Positions 1 through 9,635 of a DNA stretch of 64,000 nucleotides are shown piece after piece. Position numbers and translations under genes: made by a program. The notes below the pieces were generated by a model that was given only the letters and a program-made list of their open reading frames with translations, searched no databases and was not told the origin of the DNA. Source of the stretch: Snowella sp. (GTDB lineage: Bacteria > Cyanobacteriota > Cyanobacteriia > Cyanobacteriales > Microcystaceae); assembly GCA_035285545.1 (NCBI GenBank), contig JAYKGY010000019.1, positions 64,001 through 128,000 of the forward strand. The letters are read 5' to 3'. Within the stretch, counting starts at the first letter, position 1. Every line of letters starts with the position of its first letter.

Positions 1-275
1 AAGCGTTCATAATTGGATAAAAAGATTTCGGGTTCTTGTTTAGAAAAAATGAAGCGAAAATTATTTTTGGTAATGGCTTCTCCGTAGAGTTCAGACAAAT
101 CATGCCATAGCTCAGCGGCCATATTTTTAATATAGGCTTCTTGATAATGCAACTTTTGGGCAATTTGGGCATAGGTTAAGCCTCGCCAAGCTCCCCGCAA
201 AATATGCTTTTTTAGAGGAGTCAGCACAAAATTTTGTCTAGAGTTGATTAAATCAATTAAGTCTTCAATCCCCAT
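1..275 (-). CDS. 5' part of a gene running off the window; N-terminal HTH-like domain typical of cyanobacterial AAA/NACHT-type proteins
   Basis: Not in the ORF track. Hand translation from ATG 275 gives MGIEDLIDLINSRQNFVLTPLKKHILRGAWRGLTYAQIAQKLHYQEAYIKNMAAELWHDLSELYGEAITKNNF..., open to the window edge. The W-x-G-x-TY-x-x-IA...LW-x-x-LS...K-x-N-F pattern is one I recall at the N-terminus of such proteins. Confidence 0.7.
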   Translation of the reverse strand, partial: MGIEDLIDLINSRQNFVLTPLKKHILRGAWRGLTYAQIAQKLHYQEAYIKNMAAELWHDLSELYGEAITKNNFRFIFSKQEPEIFLSNYER

Positions 276-803
276 TTTTCTATTCTCTACGATGAATTTG
301 AAAGGATAAATCTAGAATCCCGATCCGATCTGACTCACTGATTTTCCAGATCTCAAAATGTCGCTCACTCATATTTTTAAAACAACATCAATGAGTAAAC
401 CCCGTTCATCAACCTAGTTTTTAATATAGGAAACTGAATAACAAAAAGCGGTAAACAGCATGGTTACGTGTTTTATCTGTAACCCGTTTCAATGTGGTTT
501 GGCTTAGAAAACGATAGCCTAAAATGGATACGGTAATATTTTACAACTGCTTCCCAATAGGGATGGTCATCTTTTTATGGACAAAGAGGTGACTTTAAAT
601 TGTTGAAATAAAATCGTTTTTGTGCTAAGAGCAATGATTGCGATCGCGGTTAATGCCGGAACTGTAGGAGGTCATGAGGAAGACTAATCAGGGAAATAAC
701 GGAAATAAATCGCCGAGGAAAAACTAGCCCGTCCCGCTTTCTCCTATAATAGAAAGTTGCTTTTCATTACGTCCTGTCCTTAGAGCCTGCTGGAGAAATC
801 ACT

Positions 804-1112
804 ATGCCCCAAGCCGTTGGTGTTATTCAAACTTTGGGATTTCCTGCTGTCCTCGCGGCGGCTGATGCAATGGTCAAAGGCGGACGAGTAACCCTGGTTT
901 ATTACGATTTAGCAGAACGGGGAGAATTTTTGGTGGCAGTACGGGGGCCGGTTTCGGAGGTTAAATTAGCCGTTGAAATGGGACTCAAGGCCGTTGATAG
1001 TACACCAGGGGGCGAACTGGTAAGTCACTATATTGTCCCCAATCCCCCCGAAAATGTTCTTGCCGTATTACCCCTTGAATATACGGAGAAAGTTGCTCGT
1101 TTTCGGAGTTGA
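804..1112 (+). CDS. ccmK3: Carboxysome shell protein CcmK3 (BMC-H)
   Basis: BMC domain MPQAVGVIQTLGFPAVLAAADAMVKGGRV; first of a tandem pair; GGAG RBS upstream. Confidence 0.9.
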   Translation: MPQAVGVIQTLGFPAVLAAADAMVKGGRVTLVYYDLAERGEFLVAVRGPVSEVKLAVEMGLKAVDSTPGGELVSHYIVPNPPENVLAVLPLEYTEKVARFRS

Positions 1113-1245
1113 GCGTTCTGGTCGTTTGTCCCCGATTATCCTATAGTGACACTGGGGCAAAGATTGACGCATTTTTTCCTCAAATCTGCGTCTTAAACTT
1201 AATTTTTATTTTAGTTATTCATCATAATAGTTAGGAGAATTTACC

Positions 1246-1587
1246 ATGCCATCTCAATCCGCTGTCGGTTCTATCGAAACTAAAGGCTTTCCGGGTATTT
1301 TAGCGGCGGCTGATGCAATGGTTAAAGCAGGCAGAATTACCATTGTTAGTTATCTTCGGGCAGGAAGTGCCCGTTTTACCTTGAATATTCGGGGTGATGT
1401 TCAGGAAGTTAAAACAGCAATGGCAGCAGGGATTGAGGCTGTTAATCGGACAGAAGGTGCAGTGGTAGAAACCTGGGTTATTATTCCTCGTCCCCACGAA
1501 AATGTTGGTACGGTATTGCCCATTGATTATAGCGATGATGTGGAAATTTTCCGGGCCGCGGCTGAAGGCTTAGTTCCGAATCGTTAG
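1246..1587 (+). CDS. ccmK4: Carboxysome shell protein CcmK4 (BMC-H)
   Basis: AVGSIETKGFPGILAAADAMVKAGRI...RAGSARF...IIPRPHEN; AGGAG RBS; follows ccmK3. Confidence 0.9.
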   Translation: MPSQSAVGSIETKGFPGILAAADAMVKAGRITIVSYLRAGSARFTLNIRGDVQEVKTAMAAGIEAVNRTEGAVVETWVIIPRPHENVGTVLPIDYSDDVEIFRAAAEGLVPNR

Positions 1588-1603
1588 ATGTGATCCAAAG
1601 ATT

Positions 1604-2236
1604 TTGACACAAGCTTGGTTAGACCAACTCAAAACCCAACGCGCGATCGCGGTTTTACGGACTCAGGATTTAGCGATTGGCCGTAACCTAGCCCATGCAG
1701 TAGTGGCTGGGGGAATGCGGCTAGTGGAAATCACCTGGAATAGCGTTGAACCGGATAGATTGATTGCAGAATTACGGGAAACCTTTCCTGATTGTTGGAT
1801 TGGCACAGGAACTGTGTTAACCGTCGCCGATTTAAAGGCCGCGATCGCCTGTGGTTGTCAGTTTTGTTTTACCCCTCACTTGAATCCCCCATTAATCGAA
1901 ACCGCCGTCAAAGCGGGGATTCCCATCATTCCAGGGGCGTTAACTCCCACCGAAATCGTTACTGCCTGGCAAGCAGGAGCCAGTGCCGTTAAGGTTTTTC
2001 CGGTTCAAGCAGTCGGCGGAGTGGACTATATCAAAGCCTTGCAAGGGCCCTTAGGGACTATCCCCTTAATTCCCACAGGGGGCGTAACCTTAGAGAATGC
2101 CAAAGCCTTTATCCAAGCTGGCGCGATCGCGGTAGGACTATCCGGCCAACTTTTCCCCCCCCAACTTGTCCAAACCGCAGATTGGTCAGGGATTCAACAA
2201 CGGGTCGCCGCTTTATACCAACAGCTACACGCTTAG
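1604..2236 (+). CDS. eda: KDPG/KHG aldolase
   Basis: IAVLR, VEIT, IGTGTV, PGALTPTEI, VKVFP and PTGGV motifs. Confidence 0.9.
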   Translation: MTQAWLDQLKTQRAIAVLRTQDLAIGRNLAHAVVAGGMRLVEITWNSVEPDRLIAELRETFPDCWIGTGTVLTVADLKAAIACGCQFCFTPHLNPPLIETAVKAGIPIIPGALTPTEIVTAWQAGASAVKVFPVQAVGGVDYIKALQGPLGTIPLIPTGGVTLENAKAFIQAGAIAVGLSGQLFPPQLVQTADWSGIQQRVAALYQQLHA

Positions 2237-2239
2237 TCA

Positions 2240-2923
2240 CTATTCCGAAAACATCAAATGATAATCCAAGGCTTGGGCTAAATCATAATTTTCATCTAAG
2301 TTGTCATCGCCCAAACAAAACGCCTGTAAATTTCCTTCAATAGAAATCGTGGATTCACTAAAAAAGAGTGTTTGTTCTTTCGCTTGATTTTTGTGATGAG
2401 GGGATGCGGGTAGAATCAATTCTTCTTGAGTTCGTTGAGCGGTCGTATTTTTGAGTTGCTTAACCGTACTGTGGGCTTTATTTCTGGAAGAAGCCGTTGG
2501 GGAAGTCATTTGTTTCGGCTGGAAATCAGAACATGCCTTTGCTTGGGGCACCAAATTTTCTAAGAAATAATCGACAGTTTGCTGTTTGACCCAACCTTTC
2601 ATGACGGCTAAAGCCCCAAAACGAACTCCCAATTGTTTTTGCTCTAGCAAAATTTGTTGAATTTGTTCCTCGTTCAACAGGGCGGCTGATTGTAGGTAAT
2701 GGCCGAGGGGCTGAATATAGGACGCAAGCACGATGGTCGGCCAAGTTTCGGCGAAAAAATCGGCTGTTTCCTGCTGAATCCAACCGTGTAGTGCCAAAAT
2801 TTCTCCTAACGGCAAACGATAATATTGTTGATCCTGTAAAGCAACTTCAATTTGAGAGGGAGTAATTAGGCCCGCTTCCCACAAAATTGAACCAAGTAGT
2901 TTAGGCGAAAATCGTTGGGGCAT
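2240..2923 (-). CDS. Stand-alone protein with two MshEN-like units and a low-complexity tail
   Basis: LLGSILWEAGLITPSQIEVALQDQ / PLGEILALHGWI / PLGHYLQSAALLNEEQIQQILLEQ / RFGALAVMKGWV resemble the MshEN motif RLGxxLxxxGLxxxxxLxxxLxxQ. Confidence 0.65.
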   Translation of the reverse strand: MPQRFSPKLLGSILWEAGLITPSQIEVALQDQQYYRLPLGEILALHGWIQQETADFFAETWPTIVLASYIQPLGHYLQSAALLNEEQIQQILLEQKQLGVRFGALAVMKGWVKQQTVDYFLENLVPQAKACSDFQPKQMTSPTASSRNKAHSTVKQLKNTTAQRTQEELILPASPHHKNQAKEQTLFFSESTISIEGNLQAFCLGDDNLDENYDLAQALDYHLMFSE

Positions 2924-3351
2924 AGATCAAATGGATAATTCAGTAATGAAACTTGATAAATTCTTAATCGATTTTTAAGATTTTTAAATACCGTCTAAAC
3001 CTGAACAGACACTTAACAGGCTCAATATGCTGGGAGTGAGTAGCCGTAAAATTAATAAATAGTTACTATTACTTTTTGGATATCTGACATCATACCTTAA
3101 CTTTTCCATGATTTTTCATTGCTTTTAAAATTCTTACGAAAAATCAGACTTTTTTCCGACTTTAACCAAACAATCCAAGGTTGAGTGGACGACAATGGGG
3201 ATGATCATGAAGGGAGGATGCGATCGCGCCGGTTAATCCGAAGCAACTTCTAACCCTAGAGACAGGAGTTATCGCCAAAAGCGTCTTGAATTTTGAGTCT
3301 GTAAAGATTTATGATCAAAATCAGTAACAATCTTGTCAACAATGAGGAATT

Positions 3352-3786
3352 ATGGCTTTAGCAGTCGGAAACGTTGCGCCTAACTTTACAACCGTCGATG
3401 ATGAGGGCCAAACCGTCTCATTATCTGATTTTGCAGGTAAAACCGTTGTTTTATACTTTTACCCGAAAGATGATACACCAGGTTGCACCGTCGAAGCGCA
3501 AGGATTTCGGGATAATCATACCGAATACCAAGGCAAAGATATCGTTGTCTTGGGGGTTAGCAAAGATGATCAAGCGTCCCATAAAAAATTCAAAGAAAAA
3601 TATGGTTTACCTTTTCAGTTGCTAGTAGATACCGATGGCGCGATTACCCAGGCCTACGATGTGGATGGGGGCGGTTACTCTAAACGGGTCACTTACATCA
3701 TCGATAGCACAGGCAAAATTAGCTACGTTGATGAGCAAGTTAAAACGGCAACCCATGCTCAAGATATTTTAGCGGTTGTCAGCTAA
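3352..3786 (+). CDS. Peroxiredoxin Q / BCP family, single Cys
   Basis: YFYPKDDTPGCTVEA active site; only one Cys in the protein. Confidence 0.9.
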   Translation: MALAVGNVAPNFTTVDDEGQTVSLSDFAGKTVVLYFYPKDDTPGCTVEAQGFRDNHTEYQGKDIVVLGVSKDDQASHKKFKEKYGLPFQLLVDTDGAITQAYDVDGGGYSKRVTYIIDSTGKISYVDEQVKTATHAQDILAVVS

Positions 3787-3819
3787 GGCTTTGAAACCTA
3801 TTTCAAAAATATTTCCAAG

Positions 3820-3846
3820 AGGAGACGAATGGGGTCTCCTTTTTTT
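3820..3846 (+). terminator. Intrinsic terminator between the convergent prxQ and PBP genes
   Basis: AGGAGAC-gaatggg-GTCTCCT hairpin followed by a T-run. Confidence 0.7.
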
Positions 3847-3860
3847 GGGTTATGCTGCTT

Positions 3861-6476
3861 CTACTCTTCTTTTTTCGCAGCAGGGGGCGCAGGAAGGGAA
3901 GAGTTACCGCTACTAGCGGATGAAGAGGACGGGGCATTACTACGGCGACTGGAACGACGAGCAGAACGGCGGGATACGGAGGAATTGCCTTGGGCGGTTT
4001 CTTCACTTGTGCGTCTTGAGCGTCTACGTCGGGAACGACGGGTTTCTGTCGGTTGCTCCCTATCCCTGTCTGTTCGTTGATTATTATCTGTATTGGTATT
4101 ACTTAACGAACGACGACGGCGGCGACGACGGGGTTGAGTGGTTCCATCGCTGGGAGAGTTGGTAATCGCATTTCTTCCTTGAACCGCAGCAGGCGCGATC
4201 GCTAATACCTTAAGCCCTTTTGATCGCAAGGGTTCGGCTTTAATGGTGGGTTTGCGGCCTTCTATTTTCTTCGGTAAAGCGGGGAAATATTGAACGGGCA
4301 TTCCTTTTACCGCATCGACCATAACCTGTTGCCAAATCATGGCGGCGGTTGTACTGGCTCCTTTGGTTGGGGCATTATTGCCATTACCGAGCCATACCCC
4401 CGTGACGAGTTGGGGAATATAGCCAATAAACCACAAATCTCTGGCTTTATCGGAGGTTCCGGTTTTGCCTGCAACTTGGCGATCGCCCAATTGGGCTGGA
4501 CGACCCGTTCCCGATGTGACAACCGTTCGCATCATTGAAGTCATGATGGCATTACTGTCTGGATCGAGGGCCCGATTAGTTTTCACTTCCGTTTTGTAGA
4601 GAACTTTTCCTTGTCGGTCGAGAATTTGGGTGATGGCATAGGGTTTGACATGAACCCCGTTATTGGCGAATGTCCCATAGGCACTGGTCATTTCTAGGGG
4701 AGTCATTTCCCAGGCTCCTAATGCCAGAGAGTAGGTCGGCTCTAGTTTAGATTCAATGCCCATTTGTCGGGCTAGTTTGATCACCGGATTCCAACCCACA
4801 TCGAGCAACAAGCGTACCGCTACCACGTTGACAGAACTGGCTAATGCCTGACGTAAAGACATTGCTCCCCCTGTATAGGTATCCCCATAATTTTCGGGGG
4901 TGTAACCATTAATGGTAAAGGGAACATTGGGATAGGTTTTATTGGGAGAAATTCCCGCCGCGATCGCCGTTGCATAGAGAATGGGCTTAAAGGTCGAACC
5001 CGGTTGGCGTTTAGCTTGGGTAACGTGATTAAACTGAGTTTTCTTGTAATCCTTGCCCCCGACCATGGTAAAAATCGCGCCCGTTTTCGGATCGATAGTG
5101 ACTAAAGCGGCTTCGCTAAAACGTTGCCATTGCCCATACTTCGCGATCGCCTGACTAACAACTTCTTCTGCGTGTTTCTGCCAGTTAGCGTTTAGCGTGG
5201 TTTCAACCGTTAACCCTCCTGCCTTAATTTGGGATTCAGGAACGTATTTGGGTAATTCTTTGAGAATGTAATCGGTAAAATAGGGAGCTTCTCGATTAAA
5301 TCGTTTCAGGGGGCTAGGCTTGAGGTTTAAAGGCTCTAAAATTGCAGTCTGAGCTTGGGCACGGGTAATAAATCCCGCATCGGCCATCTTATTTAAGACT
5401 TCATTACGGCGTTTGGTGGCTAACTCTTTATTTTCTAACGGGGAATAACGACTCGGTGCCGGCACAATTCCGGCTAGGGTTGCGGCTTCTGTTAGGGTTA
5501 ATTTTTCAGGAGGCTTACTAAAGTACGCATGGGCGGCATCGGCGACCCCGTAGGCTCCTGATCCCAAATAAATTAAATTTAAATATTGCTGTAAAATTTC
5601 GTCTTTTGTATAGCGGTCTTCAATTTTTTGAGCCAAACGAATTTCGCGAATTTTTCGTCCAAAGTTACGGTCTTGATTGAGAAAGACTAAACGGGCTAAC
5701 TGTTGGGTAATGGTGCTTCCCCCTTCGACCACATCTCCCGCCTGGATATTGGAAAATAGGGCCCGCATAATGCCTTGGAGATCCACACCGCGATGTTCCC
5801 TAAAGCGTCGGTCTTCGCTGGCAATAAAGGCTTGACTCACTAACGGCGGAATGGCATTGGCCTTGACTTTATCGTGACTAACGGGGCCAATTTCCTGAAG
5901 GACTGTCCCATTTTTCGCTTTAATCGTCAGCGTTCCTTCTGGGGCGTAGGTCAAGACATCTTCAACAGCAACTTGCGTATTTTGTTCTAATTTATAGATT
6001 CCCCAGCCAAGCGCGATCGCCGAACTACTCACTCCGACTCCCATTCCCAAAAACAACCAAAATCGGGGATGCTGGGTAATTTGTTTAAACTTAGAAGGCT
6101 TAGAGTCCTTTGAAACCTCATTGGTAGATAGTTTTGGCAATTTTAGGGTTCTGCGCCGTTCCCGTCTTCTATTTTTTTTAGCCGGAGCAGATACACTACT
6201 GGGACTCGTGGTATCGGAATTTTGGGAGCCTGTCGTTACTGTAGCGGCTAATTCAGGCAATGTAGCCGAATTAACACTGGATTCTGTTTGATTTAAACTG
6301 GATAGGTTAGTTTCGTCGGGTTGAAGACGGGTTTCTAAACTTGGTGTGACAATAGGCTCAGCCGAAGAATTGACAGAATTAACGGGTTGAAGCTGGTCTC
6401 GTTCTAAGGCTTCCGCTACTGAATGGAGAACTTGGCTTGTTTTTTTCTTCAGGGTGTGAGTGAGTTGTTTAAACAC
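3861..6476 (-). CDS. Class A penicillin-binding protein (PBP1A family)
   Basis: One TM; EDRRFREHRG and GGSTITQQL (transglycosylase); STFK, SVN and KTGT (transpeptidase). Confidence 0.95.
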   Translation of the reverse strand: MFKQLTHTLKKKTSQVLHSVAEALERDQLQPVNSVNSSAEPIVTPSLETRLQPDETNLSSLNQTESSVNSATLPELAATVTTGSQNSDTTSPSSVSAPAKKNRRRERRRTLKLPKLSTNEVSKDSKPSKFKQITQHPRFWLFLGMGVGVSSSAIALGWGIYKLEQNTQVAVEDVLTYAPEGTLTIKAKNGTVLQEIGPVSHDKVKANAIPPLVSQAFIASEDRRFREHRGVDLQGIMRALFSNIQAGDVVEGGSTITQQLARLVFLNQDRNFGRKIREIRLAQKIEDRYTKDEILQQYLNLIYLGSGAYGVADAAHAYFSKPPEKLTLTEAATLAGIVPAPSRYSPLENKELATKRRNEVLNKMADAGFITRAQAQTAILEPLNLKPSPLKRFNREAPYFTDYILKELPKYVPESQIKAGGLTVETTLNANWQKHAEEVVSQAIAKYGQWQRFSEAALVTIDPKTGAIFTMVGGKDYKKTQFNHVTQAKRQPGSTFKPILYATAIAAGISPNKTYPNVPFTINGYTPENYGDTYTGGAMSLRQALASSVNVVAVRLLLDVGWNPVIKLARQMGIESKLEPTYSLALGAWEMTPLEMTSAYGTFANNGVHVKPYAITQILDRQGKVLYKTEVKTNRALDPDSNAIMTSMMRTVVTSGTGRPAQLGDRQVAGKTGTSDKARDLWFIGYIPQLVTGVWLGNGNNAPTKGASTTAAMIWQQVMVDAVKGMPVQYFPALPKKIEGRKPTIKAEPLRSKGLKVLAIAPAAVQGRNAITNSPSDGTTQPRRRRRRRSLSNTNTDNNQRTDRDREQPTETRRSRRRRSRRTSEETAQGNSSVSRRSARRSSRRSNAPSSSSASSGNSSLPAPPAAKKEE

Positions 6477-6863
6477 GTTCGTTCTTATAAAAACTAAAAA
6501 ATATAAAAAGATAAAATAGAGGGATTTCTAATATGCTACAAGTGAATCCCCGATTTGTCGCAACTCAAAGTGATGGAGAAATTATTGTCCAACGGATGGG
6601 GAAAGCGTTTGCTCGCTGTCTGAAATGGGGCGATCGCGATTGATTCATGATTCTGGGTATGGGTCAGTGTGTCAGGGATATAGAATAGGCTCACCGACTG
6701 TACCAAGACCAAAATAGTTTCAACTACGGCTAAGGAATTAATTTATCGATCTTGAGCCAGAAATTTTGGTAAAAAGTAGAGTAATTACAAAAGTATTCGC
6801 CAGATTTGCATGATATTGAACTTGACTAACGCTCGGTAAGAGCTTGTAATTTGTCTAACGTCG

Positions 6864-7241
6864 CTAATTCCACTTTGCTTGATGATAATTGTTTAAAATT
6901 TTTACATCTTTTGTCAATAAAATGCTTTCTGTAATCATTGCCTGAGCGACGATCAAGCGATCAAAGGGATCACGAGTCCAACTTAATCCCAAACCATAAC
7001 CAACGATCTGATTAAAATCTTTATCACATATTCTTAAACCCAAGCGATCACCTAAATCCTGAATAATGGGATCTGCTGAAACAGAGATCCGTTCAATTTC
7101 ATATAAATATTGCAACTCCAAACGGACGATTGGCGAGATATAAAGATCATGCTCGTTTAATAATGACTTTGCTAAATCGGTAAACTTTTCTATTAGCCCA
7201 CCATATAGCCAAACGACAATATGCGTGTCAAGGTAGATCAA
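6864..7241 (-). CDS. PIN-domain toxin (VapC-like)
   Basis: IYLDTHIVVW...E...DPFDRLIVAQA...LLTKD; overlaps the upstream antitoxin gene. Confidence 0.9.
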   Translation of the reverse strand: MIYLDTHIVVWLYGGLIEKFTDLAKSLLNEHDLYISPIVRLELQYLYEIERISVSADPIIQDLGDRLGLRICDKDFNQIVGYGLGLSWTRDPFDRLIVAQAMITESILLTKDVKILNNYHQAKWN

Positions 7242-7464
7242 GATTAACCTCCTGCTCCCAACTGACTGAAACTAGATCATTGGGATCACCTAAGATCACA
7301 TCAGGACGATGTACTAGACGTTGTAATTTGTCTCCTATTTCCACTGGAACAATTCGCAAACGTTTTCCGCCCCGCTCAATTTCTAAAGGGATTCCTGTTT
7401 TTAAAACTTCATCTAAAAGATTGTAGAGATTACCGCGTAATTCTGTTGGCGTTATACTTTTCAT
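7228..7464 (-). CDS. Phd/YefM-family antitoxin
   Basis: ITPTELRGNLYNLLDEVLKTGIPLEIER; 78 aa, directly upstream of the PIN gene. Confidence 0.85.
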   Translation of the reverse strand: MKSITPTELRGNLYNLLDEVLKTGIPLEIERGGKRLRIVPVEIGDKLQRLVHRPDVILGDPNDLVSVSWEQEVNLDLP

Positions 7465-7477
7465 TCTGATTTCTCTT

Positions 7478-7507
7478 TAACGTACACTTCCTTAATGGTA
7501 ACGTACA
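7478..7507. promoter_or_regulatory. Candidate antitoxin operator (two TAACGTACA boxes)
   Basis: Exact 9-bp direct repeat at 7478-7486 and 7499-7507, in the 62-bp divergent intergenic region. Confidence 0.5.
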
Positions 7508-7526
7508 TCCTTATTGGAGATTTTAT

Positions 7527-8099
7527 ATGATTGCCTTAAAAGAACATTTTCCGAAGTTGACTCCAGAAGAATATTTTGCATGGGAGGAACAACAATTAGA
7601 ACGCCATGAATATATTGATGGTGAAGTTTATGCAATGAGTGGTGGCACGATCAATCATGGGGAAATTGCAGGAAACTTTCTGGCTCTACTGAAAGCCCAT
7701 CTACGAGGAAGTGGTTGTAAAACTCTTAATTCTGATTGTCGAGTAAGTATTGTAGGTGCGACAAAGTACGTCTATCCTGATATCAGTGTGACCTGTGATG
7801 ATCGGGATAAGACGACAAACCAATACGTTACCTATCCTTGTCTAATCGTTGAGGTTTTATCCCCCCATACAGAAGCCTATGACCGTGGCAAAAAATTCAA
7901 AATGTACCGCCGTAATACCAATTTGCAAGAATATGTTTTAGTCGGTGTGGACACGATTGAAATTGAACTATTCCGTAAAACTGAAATAGGTGACTGGCGG
8001 ATTATCAATTATCAAGCAGGGGATAGGGTCGAGCTAAAAAGCGTTAATTTCACCTGCCAGATTGAACAAATTTATGAGGATATAGTATTTTCCACATAG
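7527..8099 (+). CDS. Uma2-family (DUF820) endonuclease-fold protein
   Basis: HEYIDGEVYAMSGG...YPD...PCLIVEVLSP.TEAYDRGKKF..Y. Confidence 0.92.
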   Translation: MIALKEHFPKLTPEEYFAWEEQQLERHEYIDGEVYAMSGGTINHGEIAGNFLALLKAHLRGSGCKTLNSDCRVSIVGATKYVYPDISVTCDDRDKTTNQYVTYPCLIVEVLSPHTEAYDRGKKFKMYRRNTNLQEYVLVGVDTIEIELFRKTEIGDWRIINYQAGDRVELKSVNFTCQIEQIYEDIVFST

Positions 8100-8161
8100 C
8101 TTCAGGATGCTTAAGGCTTGGGTTGTTTGCCATCACAACGTAATTGGCCGTAAATTTAACC

Positions 8162-8416
8162 TTAAATAGCATAGTTGAGAAAACCCTTTGTTTCAGAAAA
8201 GAACTTAGTTTGACGGGGTTTAATATAAACAACTTGATTGAGATGTAAATTTAATTCATCAAATTGTTCGCGGCTGAGGTGAGCCATCACGGTTTGCTCA
8301 TCGGGTAACACTAATTCCACTTGAATTTCCCAACCTAAATGGGTAATCCGTTTAACTTGGGCTTGGCTCGTTTCTTCATCGCTTTGGGTTTGTAGATCTA
8401 AGTCGTGGGGACGCAC
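8162..8416 (-). pseudogene. C-terminal (TOBE-like) remnant of sulfate ABC ATPase CysA
   Basis: FVRPHD...KRITHLGWEIQVELVL...AHLSREQFDEL...VYIKPR resembles the cyanobacterial CysA C-terminus. An in-frame TAA lies about 25 codons upstream and no ATPase domain is present. Confidence 0.65.
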
Positions 8417-8544
8417 AAAGGTAGAAAAGGAAGCATGATAAAATTGCCCCCCTTTGATTAAAAATTGCTGAATCGAAGGGAGGCTAACTTAAAACGAATC
8501 GAATTAAGTTTAATGATTTATGTTTTCTAAAACTTCACGAATCT

Positions 8545-9315
8545 TTATTCACTCAGATCGGTTTCTGGGCCAGGTTCATAGGGAGACTGTTCTAAAAAGT
8601 TCGAGTAAACATAACCCGCCGCGATCGCGCCAAGAATAGGGGCAATCCAGAATAAAGGTAACTGAGCAATCAGTTCAAAATTACCACAGAAAATGGCAAC
8701 TCCCGTACTTCTGGCTGGATTAACCGAAGTATTGGTGATAGGAATACTGATCAAATGAATCAGGGTTAAGCCTAAACCAATAGGAACGGGGGCAAAACCA
8801 GCAGGAGCACGTTTATCCGTCGCTCCCAAAATAATAATTAAGAAAACAAAGGTTAAAACAATTTCTGTAATGGCAGCAGCAAGCAAATTGTAACCACCCG
8901 GAGAGTGGGGACCAAATCCATTGGTGGCTAAGGGGTTAGAACCAGAAGGATCAAAGCCACTTTTGCCATTAGCGATGATTACAATGACTAGGGCTGCAAC
9001 GATCGCGCCGATTACCTGAGCCACAATATAAGGGACAAGATTTTTACTGTGAAAACGTTTACCTGCAACTAAGCCGATAGAAACCGCCGGATTAAAATGT
9101 CCTCCAGAGATATGACCAAAAGCATAAGCTCCCGTTAAAACCGTTAAACCAAAGGCAAGGGAAACCCCCACTAAACCAATTCCTAAATTAACGATAGTTC
9201 GGGTTCCTTCTTCTCCGATGCTGCCTGAGAAAGTTGCGGCAAAAACGGCACTACCGCATCCCCCCAAAACTAACCAGAAAGTTCCTAAGAACTCTGCAAT
9301 GTATTCTTTTTTCAT
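8545..9315 (-). CDS. aqpZ: Aquaporin Z
   Basis: [18 protein letters not shown]; two NPA motifs (GHFNPA, SVNPAR). Confidence 0.95.
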   Translation of the reverse strand: MKKEYIAEFLGTFWLVLGGCGSAVFAATFSGSIGEEGTRTIVNLGIGLVGVSLAFGLTVLTGAYAFGHISGGHFNPAVSIGLVAGKRFHSKNLVPYIVAQVIGAIVAALVIVIIANGKSGFDPSGSNPLATNGFGPHSPGGYNLLAAAITEIVLTFVFLIIILGATDKRAPAGFAPVPIGLGLTLIHLISIPITNTSVNPARSTGVAIFCGNFELIAQLPLFWIAPILGAIAAGYVYSNFLEQSPYEPGPETDLSE

Positions 9316-9635
9316 AGTGAATTATGCGTTTTACTCCTCAAAAATTGACCTTCAATTTACCAAAAAATACTTCAAAAATCTAGCTTTTTTGTAATCTAGT
9401 TAGCAAAATTTATATTTTTTTAAGATTTGTTTAATTTATGAATTGCGCTGAATTAATAAGAATAAAAACATTAAAATAGAATACATTTTCATATATTTAG
9501 AGCTAACACACTATACAAATCCAGCATGATCACCCAAGGGCAAAAATGATAAATTCTGTTAATGTATTAGCTCAAATGTTATTCAATAAACGGCAAGTAG
9601 ATGAGTGCTAATCCTAGAGAAATAGATTGCTTGCC

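Noticed and set aside
8088..8096. TTTTCCACA DnaA-box match
   Set aside because: A single copy inside the uma2 3' end, 17 kb from dnaA; consistent with chance.
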